From NCBI RefSeq assembly GCF_037042905.1, contig NC_087251.1:12340001-12404000 (forward strand): a stretch of DNA of 64,000 nt, read 5' to 3'. This DNA comes from Lytechinus pictus (taxonomy: Eukaryota). A program made the translations under genes and the position numbers. Below are positions 37,801 to 52,325 of this stretch, in pieces; positions within the stretch are counted from its first letter, which is position 1, and each line of letters begins with the position of its first letter. Below the pieces are notes generated by a model, which saw only the letters and a list, made by a program, of their open reading frames with translations, had not been told where the DNA came from and ran no database searches.

Positions 37801-40800
37801 ATTCGTATACACTCACATGTGTATTACGCCTAATATATGCATTCATGTTTTGAAACATGATTATTGATAGAAGGTCGCCAAACATAAGCATACATTTTTA
37901 AAAAGCCGAAAACCCGAAAGCAATCAGACTTTTCCCTACAAAGCAACGGGTTTTCATGAATAAACAATGACTAGCTTTCACGTCCAGCCACCAGGGTCCT
38001 GCATGGGATACAAACGGCATCCATTTAGTTTGACGACAATCATGCTGTGTATATAGGCCTACCAATCTGAGTTGTAGTGTTAGTGATAATCTAATTTATA
38101 AATGCAGGTCTCTGGATTACGTTTACGAGAAGGACGTCAATTTCAGAGGTATTCCGCTGTTGAGGTTCAAGCTTGCCCCACACACGTGGTCTAATGCCAC
38201 CGTTTATCCACCCAACGCGGGCTACTGCTCGGGTAATCCTGAATTGTGTGGCGTATCAGGATACATGAGGCAAGATCCATGTCGTCAAGGTACAAACAAT
38301 TTTGACATTACAGGTTGATGGAGCGATGCCTCGAGGGGGGGGGGGGCAAAGGGGCGACTGCTCCCTATGTTTCTTCAATAATTGATGAAAAATGAGGAGT
38401 AAAAGGCTTTTGCTCCTCTTTGTTCACTAGTTTAAATCCATAGGGGGTGGTCGCATCCTGCTCCCAAGATAGACCCTGGAGAAAGGACGAAACAAAAAAC
38501 GACACAAATATTATTTTCATTTCTTTTGTGTGTCATTCTTAATCATTTTTTTTTTCATCATAGAAAAAATACTGGTAAATAAACGCATCCCTGCTAGCTC
38601 TTTTTAATATATCTCCCTTCACTGTATATACAATCTATCCTGGCTTGCATGTGGCGGTCACTGCAATTCTGTGTGTGTGGGTTGGTGGGTGTGTGTGTCT
38701 CTCTGTTTTAAGTATATTGAGAATTACATATCAACACACAACCCAATTTCAAACTCAAAGATATAATGATAGAGAATATGAGACATGCTAGAGTGAGACT
38801 AAGAAATATAGTGCATTGAATCTGAATCTGAATTTAGACAGTAAAAGTATTTATTTATTTATTTATTTTTGTTTTATTTATTTTATACTGCAGGGTAGGC
38901 CTGTTCAGTTCTTAAAACTGCTTTACAAAGGCGCCTTGCAGTTTAAAATACATGTCAAGATAACTATGAACAACAACAACAAACAACATCAAAAATACAA
39001 AATACAAAATATCTAACATCAGAAACAATTAACACCAAAATATAGAGTGGGAAGTGACAATTTAAACATACATAGCATTGTAAATCAATGAAATATCATT
39101 TCGCTCTTTATCAATTCGTATGAAAGGCCTTTGCATAATTTTTTAAAAACTAACAAGGAGGTACAAACTTGTAAATTTGAAGGAAGTGCATTAAATAATT
39201 TGGGTCCGACATATGCGAAAGATTTTCTTTTATGTTCAATTCTAGCTTTAGGAAGCTGAAGGGGGCATCGTAAAGAAAACCGTGTCCTGTATTTCACGGG
39301 CCGTTTACATACTAAAGGTTTTAAATAATTTGGAACTAAATCATTCATTATTTTATATACAAGAACACAATACTGATATTTTATACGCTGATCTACTGAT
39401 TGCCACTTCAGTGACTGCAACAAAGAAATTTGTGATGTGCAATAGCTCAAAATTAGTAGTAGTATTGGACAGAAAGAGGACGTGCAAGTTTAAACCATGC
39501 ATTTTATACACTTAATTTGTTTGTTGTATATTGATTGATGTGCACTATCATTACTTATTTATGGATTGAAAATGTTGTATTTATGACCATTTATGTGCAG
39601 TTTCCATTTTGTATGCGAAAATTAATTTTCTAGAATATAAAAAGAAATTGAAGTTGTTTAAGGTTGGGGACAAGCAACGGATAACAGTCGGTTTATCAAA
39701 ATTGAAGCATGTGTCTCTTCATGGGCCATGGTCTTTTATGTCTTTATTGATATATCTCTGATATTTGCATATACATATTTGAATATTTAATCTTTCAGGT
39801 AGTCCATCAAGTATCTCGAATCCACATTTCTATGAAGGAGACCCTTCACTAATTAATGCCGTAGAGGGCTTGAATCCAGTCAAATAACTTCGTGAACACA
39901 TTATGGACATTGAACCAGTGAGTAGTAGAAATAAGAATCTTTACTCTACATCAGATAGGCCTGTTTACCAAACTATTCTATTCAAATTTTCTGTATAATT
40001 TTGAATAAATTCTTGCCTGTGCATGGCAACATAAAATCTTGCCAGAAGTGTGTCAGATATAGCATCGTTTATCATTATCCACATTTTGAGAATACCTTAT
40101 TACTCTGTTGCCAAGAAAGAAACATCCATATATCTAAATATATCAATAAATGGGTGTACTTGTAGTACATTCTCTGCTAGATTGTAATTGTCTAAAACAC
40201 CAAAAAAAAAAATTCTTTCCATATCTCATTTCATTCTCATTTTAATGTTGTTTTACAGTTTATGGCGCTGTTTCAGAATCTTATTCATTTCGTTTGTTTT
40301 GTTTAGTTAATGGGAATGCCATATGTTTTGAAAGTCAGACTGCAGATTAACATGGAAACTACACAAGATGATTTAATTGAGTGAGTATATACCATCATAA
40401 TTTCATTTTTTACATAACATTATTATCGTACTATATCCGATATCTGTCTAGCTTTGTTTAGTTTAATTTGTCTCAACCATGCCAACAGACAAGTTCGTAT
40501 ATAGTTACCTCATGTGCATTGACCATTCCTTTCTTCCATAAACATAGGCAAAATTTCAAAGTAAGATGTTATATATGTACGCATGCCTGACATAGCAGGA
40601 TGCAGAAATTTGATAGACCAGGTGAGAAAGAGCACTGTATACATTTCTACTTTGAATGCATTTGCATCTTATTACAGTGTATTTGGCCAACTGATCTATC
40701 TAATTATAAGCACAATTCAAAAGAATACATGAATAATCAAGACTTCAGACTTGGTGCTATGCCATTTGGGTTAGATTACCTTCTGACCATGCAAGCACAG

Positions 40801-43292
40801 AATAGAACTACGAACTGGCTTATTCAACGTGTAGTGATTTTATGGTGATCGTTATAATCTGTTTTATCCATTGCATTTTTGTAAATGTCTTAATTCAACA
40901 GCTTATTTAGACTGATTTATCTTCCCCTCTCAATGAAGTGATCATATTTCATATCAGAAAAATTCGGAAATTGTGTACTAGAACTTTCGCCCCATCCATG
41001 ATCTGAGCCGTGTAGCTTTATACAACAAAATGTTAATATATACAATTTTTGCCGAGGACCCGAATATTTTAATTATGACATTTTGATTGTAGGTTTTATC
41101 CACAAATCTTATATTTTTATCGCATCTTTTACGCAATATAATGTCTTATGATATAATCTTTCATTTTATGTGACAATAGATACAAGTTTTATTAACAATG
41201 AGGTTAAGATACCATATTCCAGTTCCGGAGAGATTTGTTGTAATCATTTGTCCTGTGATATAAAATAGAATCTGAATGCAGGATTTTAAAAGGCGGAAAA
41301 TTAAATGCCATGTATATTTCATAAAGCGTAAACATATCTTAGTATTGTGTATCTATGACATGCGATCACCAAGACCATCATTCGTAATGACCCTGTGCTT
41401 TAAAAGGTTGAGAAACAGACAGATAATGATATAGGAAACATAAATATCGACGACTTCTCAATGCTAACTTGCACGATAAGACTTTTATTCCTTAATTACC
41501 TTCACTAAATTAATTTCTGATTTCATCTTATTCATTTGGTAAACGTGGTTACGTTCAGGGTTGTCATCTTGCACCGTTCGACATACAGAATAATTCTATT
41601 CGAAATAATATAAATTTCTTAAAAATCTTATGATTATGTTTTCGTTATATTCATACAGTGCAGTGAAAAACGTTCGGGAATTAACTCTACCTCTTGCGTG
41701 GTTTGAGCAGGTAAGAAAAATCATTCATATAGTCAGGCAAAAATTATCTTCATGATTTCAGGGTCCCAGTTATTAGATTTATGCTAAAATAATGAGGATA
41801 ATTTCAACAATCAGCCTTTCTTAACTTACTTACTCGGCTAAAATGTAAAAACAGATTCATTGTATAATACTGAGTTAGCCCTAGATAGACGTATATAATT
41901 TATATACCGATTATCCCTGATGCGACAGAAAATGTTTATCTGATTATTTAATTGAATTTAATTTAGGTAGATAAATTTGCGGTCATCAAAATGTTCAATA
42001 GTTCCAACTTCTTTTAATGCTCGATTCCGAGAGATATTTTGGATTTATAACACTAGCTCCCTTTATTTTCAAATGCTTTGGAATAATTATGTAAAGTTTA
42101 GGCCGACCTTATTACGAATAAAGCCGTGTTTTCAATGAAGTAGGAAACATTGAAGGACAAGCATCTCAGTTTCTGTACTAAAGCATACGTACTTCTTCCT
42201 CTGTTAATTAATCTTGTTAAAATATATTGAGGTCATATAGTTTAGAAAATTGAGATAAACTAACCCTAATCTATTGAAGAGCAGGAAATAATTAAAACAA
42301 ATATCCATTAGCAAAATTTGAAATCAAATGGGTTTTAAGTTTAAAAATATTACAATTGCCATATTAACTCGCTAAAGTTTTTTGGAACCAAACCAAATGA
42401 ATTCGATACATTTTAAAATATTTTTTCTTTACAAATAACAGTAGGAAACGAAAGGATTATTTTGTATTTCAATACAGAGCGTAGAAGCAGACGACAAGGT
42501 TGTCGACGATTACAATACCGGATTCGTCATGACGGCTAATATCGGTATCGCTGTGCAATGGTTATCGATTTGTTCCGGAATCATATTCTCCATCATTATC
42601 ATCTTTGACAGTGTCAAGCGGCGGTCTGCTGAAAAAAGGGCTCATGAAATGTCAGAAAAGGATGAGGTAAGATCGTTTTTATTCTCTTTGAAAAAATGAA
42701 AAATAATTAAACTAAGCTAAATTATATTAAACCATAAAAAGAGAAGAAATTTAAATTATTGCTAGCGTAACGAGTGAGCGGTGTCAAAAGAAATTATATT
42801 TTGAGGTAAGAATTTAATGGAACTGTACATGATTTTAGTATAGGCCTAATTGATATTACTCCGTTCTTCTCGAATACAGCAGGCGATTCGCTTACTCAAT
42901 TATTGACGATCCCTCATTCCTCGATTTACCAAAATATTGATATTTACATGCTCCGATTCTCTATCATACAAAAAAAATCATGCGTGCGAGATAACATGAG
43001 TAGATAAGATAACCAGGCCATCCCTCCCATTCTGTTCAACACTATCTTCATTATACATGATATAAGTATTTAACCCCTTAATAAAGATGCATCTTTGAGT
43101 TTTCGATTTCAATATTTACACAGATAATACAAAATGCACCTTTACATTTTATCTTTTCTGTAATATCTGTTTTAGAAAAAAGATTCTGCCGTTTATAAAG
43201 CAAATGACGACATTGAAAATCACAAGGCACCGGTCACCTCATCTCACGAGTTAACCAAGACTGACTATACTAATCCAACATTCAGCACATAG
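32582..43292 (+). pseudogene. Promoterless pseudogenic duplicate of receptor exons 2-12: 32582-32739, 33465-33606, 33820-34050, partial 34346-34412, 36102-36171, 38108-38289, 39799-39917, 40307-40380, 41659-41710, 42478-42666, 43176-43292
   Basis: Lacks exon 1 and the N-terminal TM. A 418-bp deletion at 34345/34346 removes the exon-5 acceptor and about 75 coding nt. GAA>TAA stop at 39885-39887. Confidence 0.93.
37302..37695. mobile_element. Foldback (fully palindromic) MITE, present only in copy B
   Basis: Termini AGAGTACC / GGTACTCT. Perfect 62-bp inner arms 37432-37493 and 37504-37565. Empty site GCAGTATAATAGTGTATA at about 16129-16146. Confidence 0.9.
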
Positions 43293-45904
43293 TCGTAACA
43301 GTGTATAAAAACTTCTAACCCATAGTCATGTCCAATGCACTGGGAGCGGTGCGGGGAGGGTGGTCTGCTGTGCAAACCCTTCACTCGAGTTAAAGGTCTG
43401 AATGTGCAGCCTACTCATGCATTGTGTACTGAAGGCCCTCTCGAATTAAAACAGCAAGTTTTGTACGTGCTAGTCTTTGTGGAGACACACTTGCTGATCA
43501 AAGTTTCAATCAGGGTCTGTGCCTGCAGACTATGGGGAGGGGGCATGGGTGCAACCAAGAGCCATAGTTTTTCAAGCAATAAAAAAAATAGAAGCGGAAA
43601 AATTTGAAAAGAAGATTAGGGTTTGGTATTGAATAGAGAGTTCCAACTCCCAAGTCATGTAACTCATTAAATTACCCTCTCTCATTTTCATGGAGAAAAG
43701 GGGTCACTATAGGCCACCCCTTTCATTTGGATACAGCTTTGCGCTATACACCGAATATACTAATTGATTAACCACCATCTGATTTCATGTATCAATTAAC
43801 GCTATTAATACTTTTTTTTTTGGGGGGGGGGGTTATCGCGGAGGGATGTACATTGAATACAGTCTTTATATTTAAATCTAATTTCTTGTTAAAAAGTTTT
43901 TAATAACAAGTTGGACTTCCACAGGATAACATTTGGACATCAGTACGCATGAAAGGAAAAGAAAGACAAGAGGTCCATGTTGTACATAATGTAGTACTAC
44001 TAAAGTGTAATATGAATGTATTCATATAAATTCAAACAGAAATATGTATCATAATTTAATAGATTTATTGATGATATGTTTGATTTCCCTTCATTTTGCC
44101 CTTTTAGGGACGCACCATTATATACCCAGGGGTGGGGCTGGAAGTTTGGGTTGATGTATTTTTTTTCTTTCTTTTTTGAGCAAATTTTTTCACCCTTACT
44201 CGATTGAGACAATTTTTTTTGCACCTTTCAGATGATTTGTCAGTGGACCAAGTTTTTTTTATACTCTGATGGTGAGCCAATTTTTGGGGGGCTCATATAG
44301 CAAGTCAAGTTTGTTTTTTGAAAAACTTCCAGCCCCTCCCCAGATATCTAATGTTGCGTCCCTTAAAAGGAAAATTCAATTCTCACAAAAAGTTTTTTCT
44401 AAATATACCAGAAAAAGTGATAAACAATACGAGGAAAACAGTGTGAGGAATATCCATCAAAGATTAAGAGAATTATTAGAACTTCAAGTTTTTGATTTGT
44501 GACGGCATTTATGAGCAGCTGTCATATGATGTAATATAAAATGCATAACTTTAAAGTTTTTTAATGATTGGTGATGACTAGAAATTAGTTTCTTTCTGGA
44601 GCGGGTGTGAAATGGTTTGTCTCTTGTCTAAACTGAGTGAACAAAAAAAAATAGCTGTTCGCATGTCACAAATCAAAAATCCTAATAGCCGTTTTTAATC
44701 TTTGAATGATTTTTTTCATACTATTACTTCACCATTATTTTTTCTGCTATTTTTACAATATTTTCATCAGAGTGAGCTTTCCTTTGAGAATGTTTACCAG
44801 ATTGATAGATATTTCCTTTGTTAAATCATTTGAATGATCAAAATCATTATATAATTTGATTAGATCTGTTTTTTGTTCATAGCTCAGTTATTCGAAGCAA
44901 CAAGAGAATTGTTTTGTGTTTGTTTGTTGTGTATTTATATGGAAGTTTTATTTATATTTCATAGGCTATATGAATATAACAAATTTCGATTGCAATAAAG
45001 CCTCTTTCTCTAACCCATTTCTGTTTGAAAATATAATGAATTATTAAGGTTCAGAGTAATCATGATGTGGAATGCGGAAGCTATTTGATGTTTGCAATTT
45101 AGTAATATTCATCACCATCATAATCACAATTGTAATCAATATTACTTATACCTAATACCACCATCACCATCGTCAATCTTACTGGTCCTTACCGTCATCA
45201 TTGTCAAGATCACCATTAATTACCATTGCCACAACTGCTATCGCCATCATCATCCATCGGATACACATCGACGCCTGGGGGTAGGGTACAAGACCATTTC
45301 AAGGTGACATTATCAAGGTGACAATTTTCTTCTCAGATATTTCTTAAGCAGTCGCCTACTTTCTGTACCTCTTTTTTCATGAAATCCTGGGTTCGCTACT
45401 TCATTACCTAAACCATCTCCATTATCACTACCTGCATCCTCATCACCATCGCCACGCCACTACCATCATCATCATTACTACCTGTACCACCACCATCACC
45501 ACGCTACTACCATCATCATCACTACTACCTGTACCACCACCATCACACCATCATCATCACCACACCACTACCGTCATCACTACTTCCACCATCACCACAC
45601 CACTACCACCACCACCATCATAATCATCATCACCGTCACCACACCACACCACACCACTACCATCATCATCACTACTACCTGTACCACCATCATCACCACA
45701 CTCTACTACCGTCCTCATCACTATTACCACCACCACCATCATCACCATTACCACACCATACCATCAACATAATCGCTATCACCAAGACCACCACTACAAT
45801 CATGTCCATCATCATTGTCATCACCATCATCTTCACCATCACCACAACCTACAAGATCTAAAACCATCATCAATACTGGTTCATATTTTGTCATACTATG
45901 AGGT

Positions 45905-46879
45905 AACAAGTGGAACGCCTCTGGCAGTCTCGCCTGCATTACGCGATTTAATATAGCAGCAGTGCTAACTTTGAAAACTACTATAAAATAATAATTCACA
46001 AAAACACCGTTCATATAATGACATCATACCACGTTCATTGACCATACATGACATTTGAACGGTGACTTAAGACTTGTCAACTACACCCATGTCCACATTT
46101 CATTCACTCTATCCATAAACTTTCAAAGTTATGATGGCAATTCAACAATTACCCCAACATGGCCTAAGTTTATTGACCTTAACTGACCTTTGACCCTGGT
46201 TTTGTGACCTGAAACTCTTAGGGGATGGTCAGTGATACTTGATTACTCTTATGTCCAAGTTTTATGAACTAGATCCATAAACCTTCAGAGTTAGGATGGT
46301 AATTTAACAAAGACCCCCAACACGGCCAAAGTTCATTGACCTTAAATGACCATTGACCATGGTCATGTGACCATTGACCATGGTCATGTGACCTGAAACT
46401 CGCACAGGATATTCAGTGGTACTTGATTAACCTTATGTCCAAGTTTCATGGACTAGATCCATAGATTTTCAAAGTTATGATAGTAATTCAACAAATACCC
46501 CCAACTTGACCAAAGTTGATTGACCCTAAATGAAACTCAGGATGTTTACTAATACTTGATTAACCTTATGCCTAAGTTTCATGAACTAGGTCCATATACT
46601 TTTTAAGTTATGATGTCATTTCAAAAACTTAACCTTCGGTTAAGATTTTGAAAATAATTCTCCCAACATGGTCTAAGTTCATTGACCCTAAATGACCTTT
46701 GACCTTAGTCATGTGACCTAACCTTATGTCCAAGTTTCATGAACTAGGTCCATATACTTTCTAAGTTATGATGTCATTTCAAAAACTTAACCTTAGGTTA
46801 AGATTTGATGTTGACGCCGCCGCCGCCGCCGTCGGAAAAACGGCGCCTATAGTCTCGCTCTGCTATGCAGGCGAGACAA
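45905..46879 (-). mobile_element. Helentron/DINE-1-like element, family 2, present only in copy B
   Basis: Subterminal IRs GTCTCGCCTGCA / TGCAGGCGAGAC, (GCC)n microsatellite and central tandem repeats. Inserted in the A-run of empty site GAGGTAAAAAGTAATT (24701-24716). Confidence 0.8.
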
Positions 46880-49800
46880 AAAGTAATTCATCCAAAACAA
46901 TATCAAATAATGCATATTGTGAAATATGACACTCAATTAAGTACACATCACTGAAATGACGCATCATGCTTTTCAAAACCAGTCCATCATGGATCTGGAT
47001 TAGCACATCAAAATCGACTTTTAATACTCATATATTCCATTTTGATATATCATAATGAGCATATCAATACCTTTCTGTCATACATACATTCAACAAACAA
47101 TACTATATTGTTTTTGCAACCTAGCCTTCATTCCAGAAGCGTAAGATTTCTCAAATCGGAAGTTAAATTACAAATCCTTTCCATCCTCATCTAATTTAAA
47201 AGATATATAAAGATTGTTTTTACATCTATGTGTACATTATGGTGCAAAGTATGGTTTTTATAACTTACATTCTCCAATGGTCAAAGATGACCCTTGACCT
47301 TAGCCAAGTATGACCATTGCAGTTTAAGATTAACATTCTTTTTAACTATACAGTGTATACTGTCAATAAATGGTTCTAACCATTCCAAAGCTATAATGAT
47401 CTACAACCTACTAACTAAACTTACATATTCAAAATCAGTCTTACTCTAGAGAGAGAATATGCAAAGATTGAAGGATACATCAGTACTAAAAAGATGCATC
47501 ATACATATTGCTGTGAATAAAAATCATTCTTATGTCTTAAATGCTTTCATTTGCGCAACCCAATCAACAATCTACCAAATCAAATGAATACAAAAAAAAT
47601 ATGGCAGTGACATCTACATGTAAACTATGGAGAGTTTAAGTTGAGTGTTAGTGTTGAAAGCACAAACTATATTACACAAACAGAATAGTAATCTCATTAA
47701 ATTACTGATAGTAATATGACCTGGAGTTTACAGATCATAGAAAAACTAAATTGTCATAAAGGTCACTTCATAAATAATACTGGACATTGAATTATCCACC
47801 TATGCTACCCCATTTTGAAAGGAAATAGGTTTTTTTTTGTATTGGAAAAAGAAATTAAATTGACAGCAGGTCTTGCATACTGCAAAAATTAATGCATAAA
47901 ATACTGTTTATTTGTTTCTGTTTGTCGTAACTCCCGTAGGAACTCGGCAGGACAGAATTTTTTGCTGGTAAACGCCAAGCTGGTATATAACCAATTACCT
48001 TGGAAACATTTTACGTCTAGGTTAATCAGTCATAGTGGCTGACGTAATAGACGACAGATATCACTCTGACATTTGTTTATCAATCACATGTCCCTGATCA
48101 CAGACATATTGTGAACAGGAAGTCAGATAAATACACATCAAATCAGTCCCCAATTTACATTATAGATTAATCAATTATCAGTATTCCAAATTGATTGCAA
48201 AGACAACAAAGAATTATTCAGAATTATTACATCAATTATTGAGAAAACATACAGTATTATGTAAATATTATACACATATAAATGACAACTACTAGTAACT
48301 GAATCTCAATTTTCACTGAATGCAATATGACCCAAACACTAGCACTTAATTAAAGGGATGGTCCAGGCTGGAGATATTTCTATCTCAATAAATAACGTAA
48401 AATTCACAAAGTAAAACGCTGAAAATTTGATCAATATCGGATATCAAATAACAAAGTTATCGAATTTTAAAGATTTGCATTATTCAGGTGAAACAGTTCT
48501 AGGCATGTCTTTATGAATATTCATTAGGTGGGCTGATGATGTCATATATCCCCACTTGTTCTTTTGTATTTTATTGTATGAAATTAGGTTTATTAAAAAA
48601 ATTTCAACCAAGAACTAAAACAATTGGATTGACAACTGATTAAGTGCATTCGTTAGTTATTGCAGAAACTTATTTCATCATAGTGGAGACACATCATTTA
48701 CACATGTATAAAAAATGAAACATTTATGATTTCATGTAATAACATAAGAAAAAGGAAAGTGGGGATATGACATCATCACCCCACCTAATGAATATTCATG
48801 ACGATGCACATATAATTGTTTTCACAAAATATTGATAAACTTTAAAATTCAATAACTTTGTTATCCGATTTTGATGATATTTTCAGCATTTTGCTCTGTG
48901 AATTTTACTCTATTTATTTAGATATAACTATTTTCAGCCCGGACCATCCCTTTTACAGTTGGACAACAACCACATCTGACTGGTCAGAATTATAGGACTT
49001 GCAGTAAACCAATAGATAAGAAATTACAAGATTCATTAAATATTCTGGAGGGAAAAAAATTAAGAGCATAACTTACATTGATATGAAGAACAGTCATATC
49101 TGGATAAATGTAAAGCACACTGGTGATTGTCAGAGGCCTATTTACAACTCAACATTCAAATATATCCATCATCTACCCTCTGATATCATCTACCCTCTCT
49201 AAGCCCATCTGTCAATATAGATTAAATTTTTTATTGTCTCCTAGATATATCACATACTAAATAGATATATGTTCACCCTTGTCTCAAACAATAGGAGAGG
49301 TTACAATGATCAGTACATTTATAGAAATAAATGACTTTGCAGTATTCTAATTCTGATGGAAAAACATTATCTTACATGTGATGTTTCAATTGACTGGAGA
49401 TGATTATAAGAAACTCATCTAAGTGTACGCCCAGGTATGTAAAAGTAGAACATTGTTTCATTTCGGACCTGACCCGATACCACTCAACTTGTTACAATGA
49501 TCTACTGGTACATGTACCTTATGGAGCTTTACAAGTAATACATACATTTAAGTATGTGGTTCGGTGGTATTATTAGTAATACATAAATAGGTGGTAAATC
49601 TAGTAAAAATACGTAAAAAGATGATGAAAATTGTTGAAACCCTTCTTTTGCATATATTAATAATTACAGGTACTACCTCAAATGTAGCGTTGTGTAAGCT
49701 AAAAATCAGTTTCTATTATTTCAAAATATCCTCGGAACATTGTTTGTCATTACAATCTAGATATTAAGCTTTTACATGAACTTTCACAATGGGAGTCTAA

Positions 49801-52325
49801 GCAAGAAATCATCCTTTGATTCAGAGTACCGGTACCCAGTATTTTTTTCATAATCCCCCTTCCCTAAATGATGCCTCAGATATTTCATTTTCATAATAGG
49901 GTGATAATTATACAATTTTCCCTGATTTTGGCAAATTCCTTACCCTTACCCACTTACAATTCCCTGCCATGAAAACCACCATTTTTATGTGCTTTCATGT
50001 AAAATCATGTCCATCTTGTAAAGACAGTGGCTCCCCAGCAAAATGTACATAATGCTTGATTTAGGAAGAGGCTTTTGAGCAACTAAGCAGCAACTAAAAT
50101 GAGCTCCTTTAACTCAAATGTGCATGTGATCTAAAATGCCCTGAAGGTGTGCAGATAATGTCATTGGGAAAGGAATGTCAAAATGAAATCAAATTCTTGC
50201 AGAGTCATAATCCTTTCTGGGTTTGGTTGTGCACATATGCAATCGTACATTGCATATAAATGCCCATCACAGAAAATCTAACTGATTGCTCCCCCAAACC
50301 TATTACTAGTATTCCAAATGTATTTCAGGATATTGACATGAGTGCACGTGAGTTAATTCTTGAAAATAAATTACACAGGAAACGTTTAGCTAATGAAGGT
50401 GATCTTCTCAGGCCCATCCATCGGTCCTGTTATCATTCTCACAATAACTAAAGAGTGGTTAAACTTGGCTTATGTATGGATATAGGATCGATTATGACCT
50501 GACTAGATTTTGGGGTCACATAGGTCAAGGGTCATAAAATAATCTGTTCTCATGATGACTAGAAAATAGTCTGATGTTTCTACTTCATACTATGTTAGTA
50601 AAGGAATATATGAGGGAGGATGACCTGTTTAGATTCTATGGTCATGAGGTCAAAGGTCAGTTCATGAATGCATAAGAAAATTATTTTTATTTATAGAAAT
50701 TGAGCAATATATTTCAGATCGGGCAATGCCGGAGACATTAATTTTGACTGCTTTTGGTCAAGAATCCATCTAGTTAGCCTAATGATTTTCTGTGCAGTTC
50801 CTAAAAAATTAATATGTTCATTAAATCAGACTAATGCTATACTACCAATAAAATCCTTGAAAGACATCGACAAATTTCTTTTCTCTTGGCAATTAAATAT
50901 TTACAGAAAAATAATGCTTAAAAAAAAAATAGTTTGATATTTTCAGGAATAAAAGCCCAAATTCTGAAATAGGCTCACTAGTAAATTCCAATCGTCAATT
51001 TCTATGTACGATTTTTTTTATCTAGAAAATGACATGCTTAGATTTGCAAATGGGAACACAGCATTTAAATCACAGAATTGACAAACTAACTCTAGGCAAA
51101 AACCACAGTCAATGTATGATTGGGAGAGATGACAATTTGGAAATTTTGATGTCAAAACAATAATAATTCCATGCAAATACCAAAGCAAAGTCAAGCAAAC
51201 ACATCCCTGAGTTGCAAGCAAAAAAAAGAAATCTATCTAATCAAACTTGCCTGAAAAAAATTGCTACCTTCAGCTTAATGGTTAGACAGGTATACATTAT
51301 CATGGACAATACTACGTTTTTGACCTCTAAAATCAAAGGAAAATGGTAAGCTAGCCAGTAATAAACATTTGAAAGACCACCTTAATGTGATACAGATAAC
51401 TACTTCAATGCCCTATTTCATGAAACCTGTTTTCAAATACAAATGATAGAATTCAATTTCAAATTTTCTCTGTCAATTATGTGACTAGATTTCAAAAGCA
51501 TGTACATGTACTACTATAGTACTAGCATGTCATTTGATATTGATTACAAGATCTACAAAGCTAAGACAAGAAAATTGAAGGTAACCAAGTTATAGGACAT
51601 GTGTAAGATGAGATATACCCAATCAAACTGATCTTCAAAATCAATCTTTACAGTAAAAGTAAGACAATCTAATGATTAAGACTTATATGATCCAGTCACA
51701 TTTCTCCTGAAGATGGGACCTGTTCATATCATGAAGAAAAATTCCTAAACAAAATGTGGAAGTTTTCCCAGAAGATTTAAAAAAAAGGAGAATTCCGTTT
51801 TCGTCACCTGCATGTAAGATACTGTCCTATCAGATCTAACTAAAAAAAATCAACAAAGTAGACATTGAAGCAGGCCTGAATTAAAGGCTGAAATAACAAA
51901 GGTTGAACAAAAATGAACACAACTGTCAAGCATGCCTCCATACAAAATGCCACTTTTTAATATGATCTAAATTCCAAATCGGCTGGGTCAAGATGAATCA
52001 ATGAATATCATGTGTCCACTTTTGTAATTTACTAAAAACTCTTTAATCCTAGTTTCCGCAACCTGTCAGAACTCTATCCATGCTGTATTAATGGTGAAGA
52101 TGAGACAAACATGATTCCAATCTTTATACCCTATCTGCTGCTAAACCGTATCACTCGATGTGCATGGCAAGGAAAGCAAAGTTTCTCTTTTTTTTCATGT
52201 TTCAAAGTTCATTCCTTTTATAGTCAAAGTATCATTTTTTTACATTTATAAAAGAAATCAAAGTTGAGTGATAAAGTAGAATGGTAGAAATATATATCTG
52301 AATACTCTAAGGATCTAGCACAGTG

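Noticed and set aside
32582..43292. Second functional receptor paralog starting at the exon-2 ATG ATG
   Set aside because: No N-terminal TM or promoter, a lost exon-5 acceptor, and an in-frame stop at 39885.
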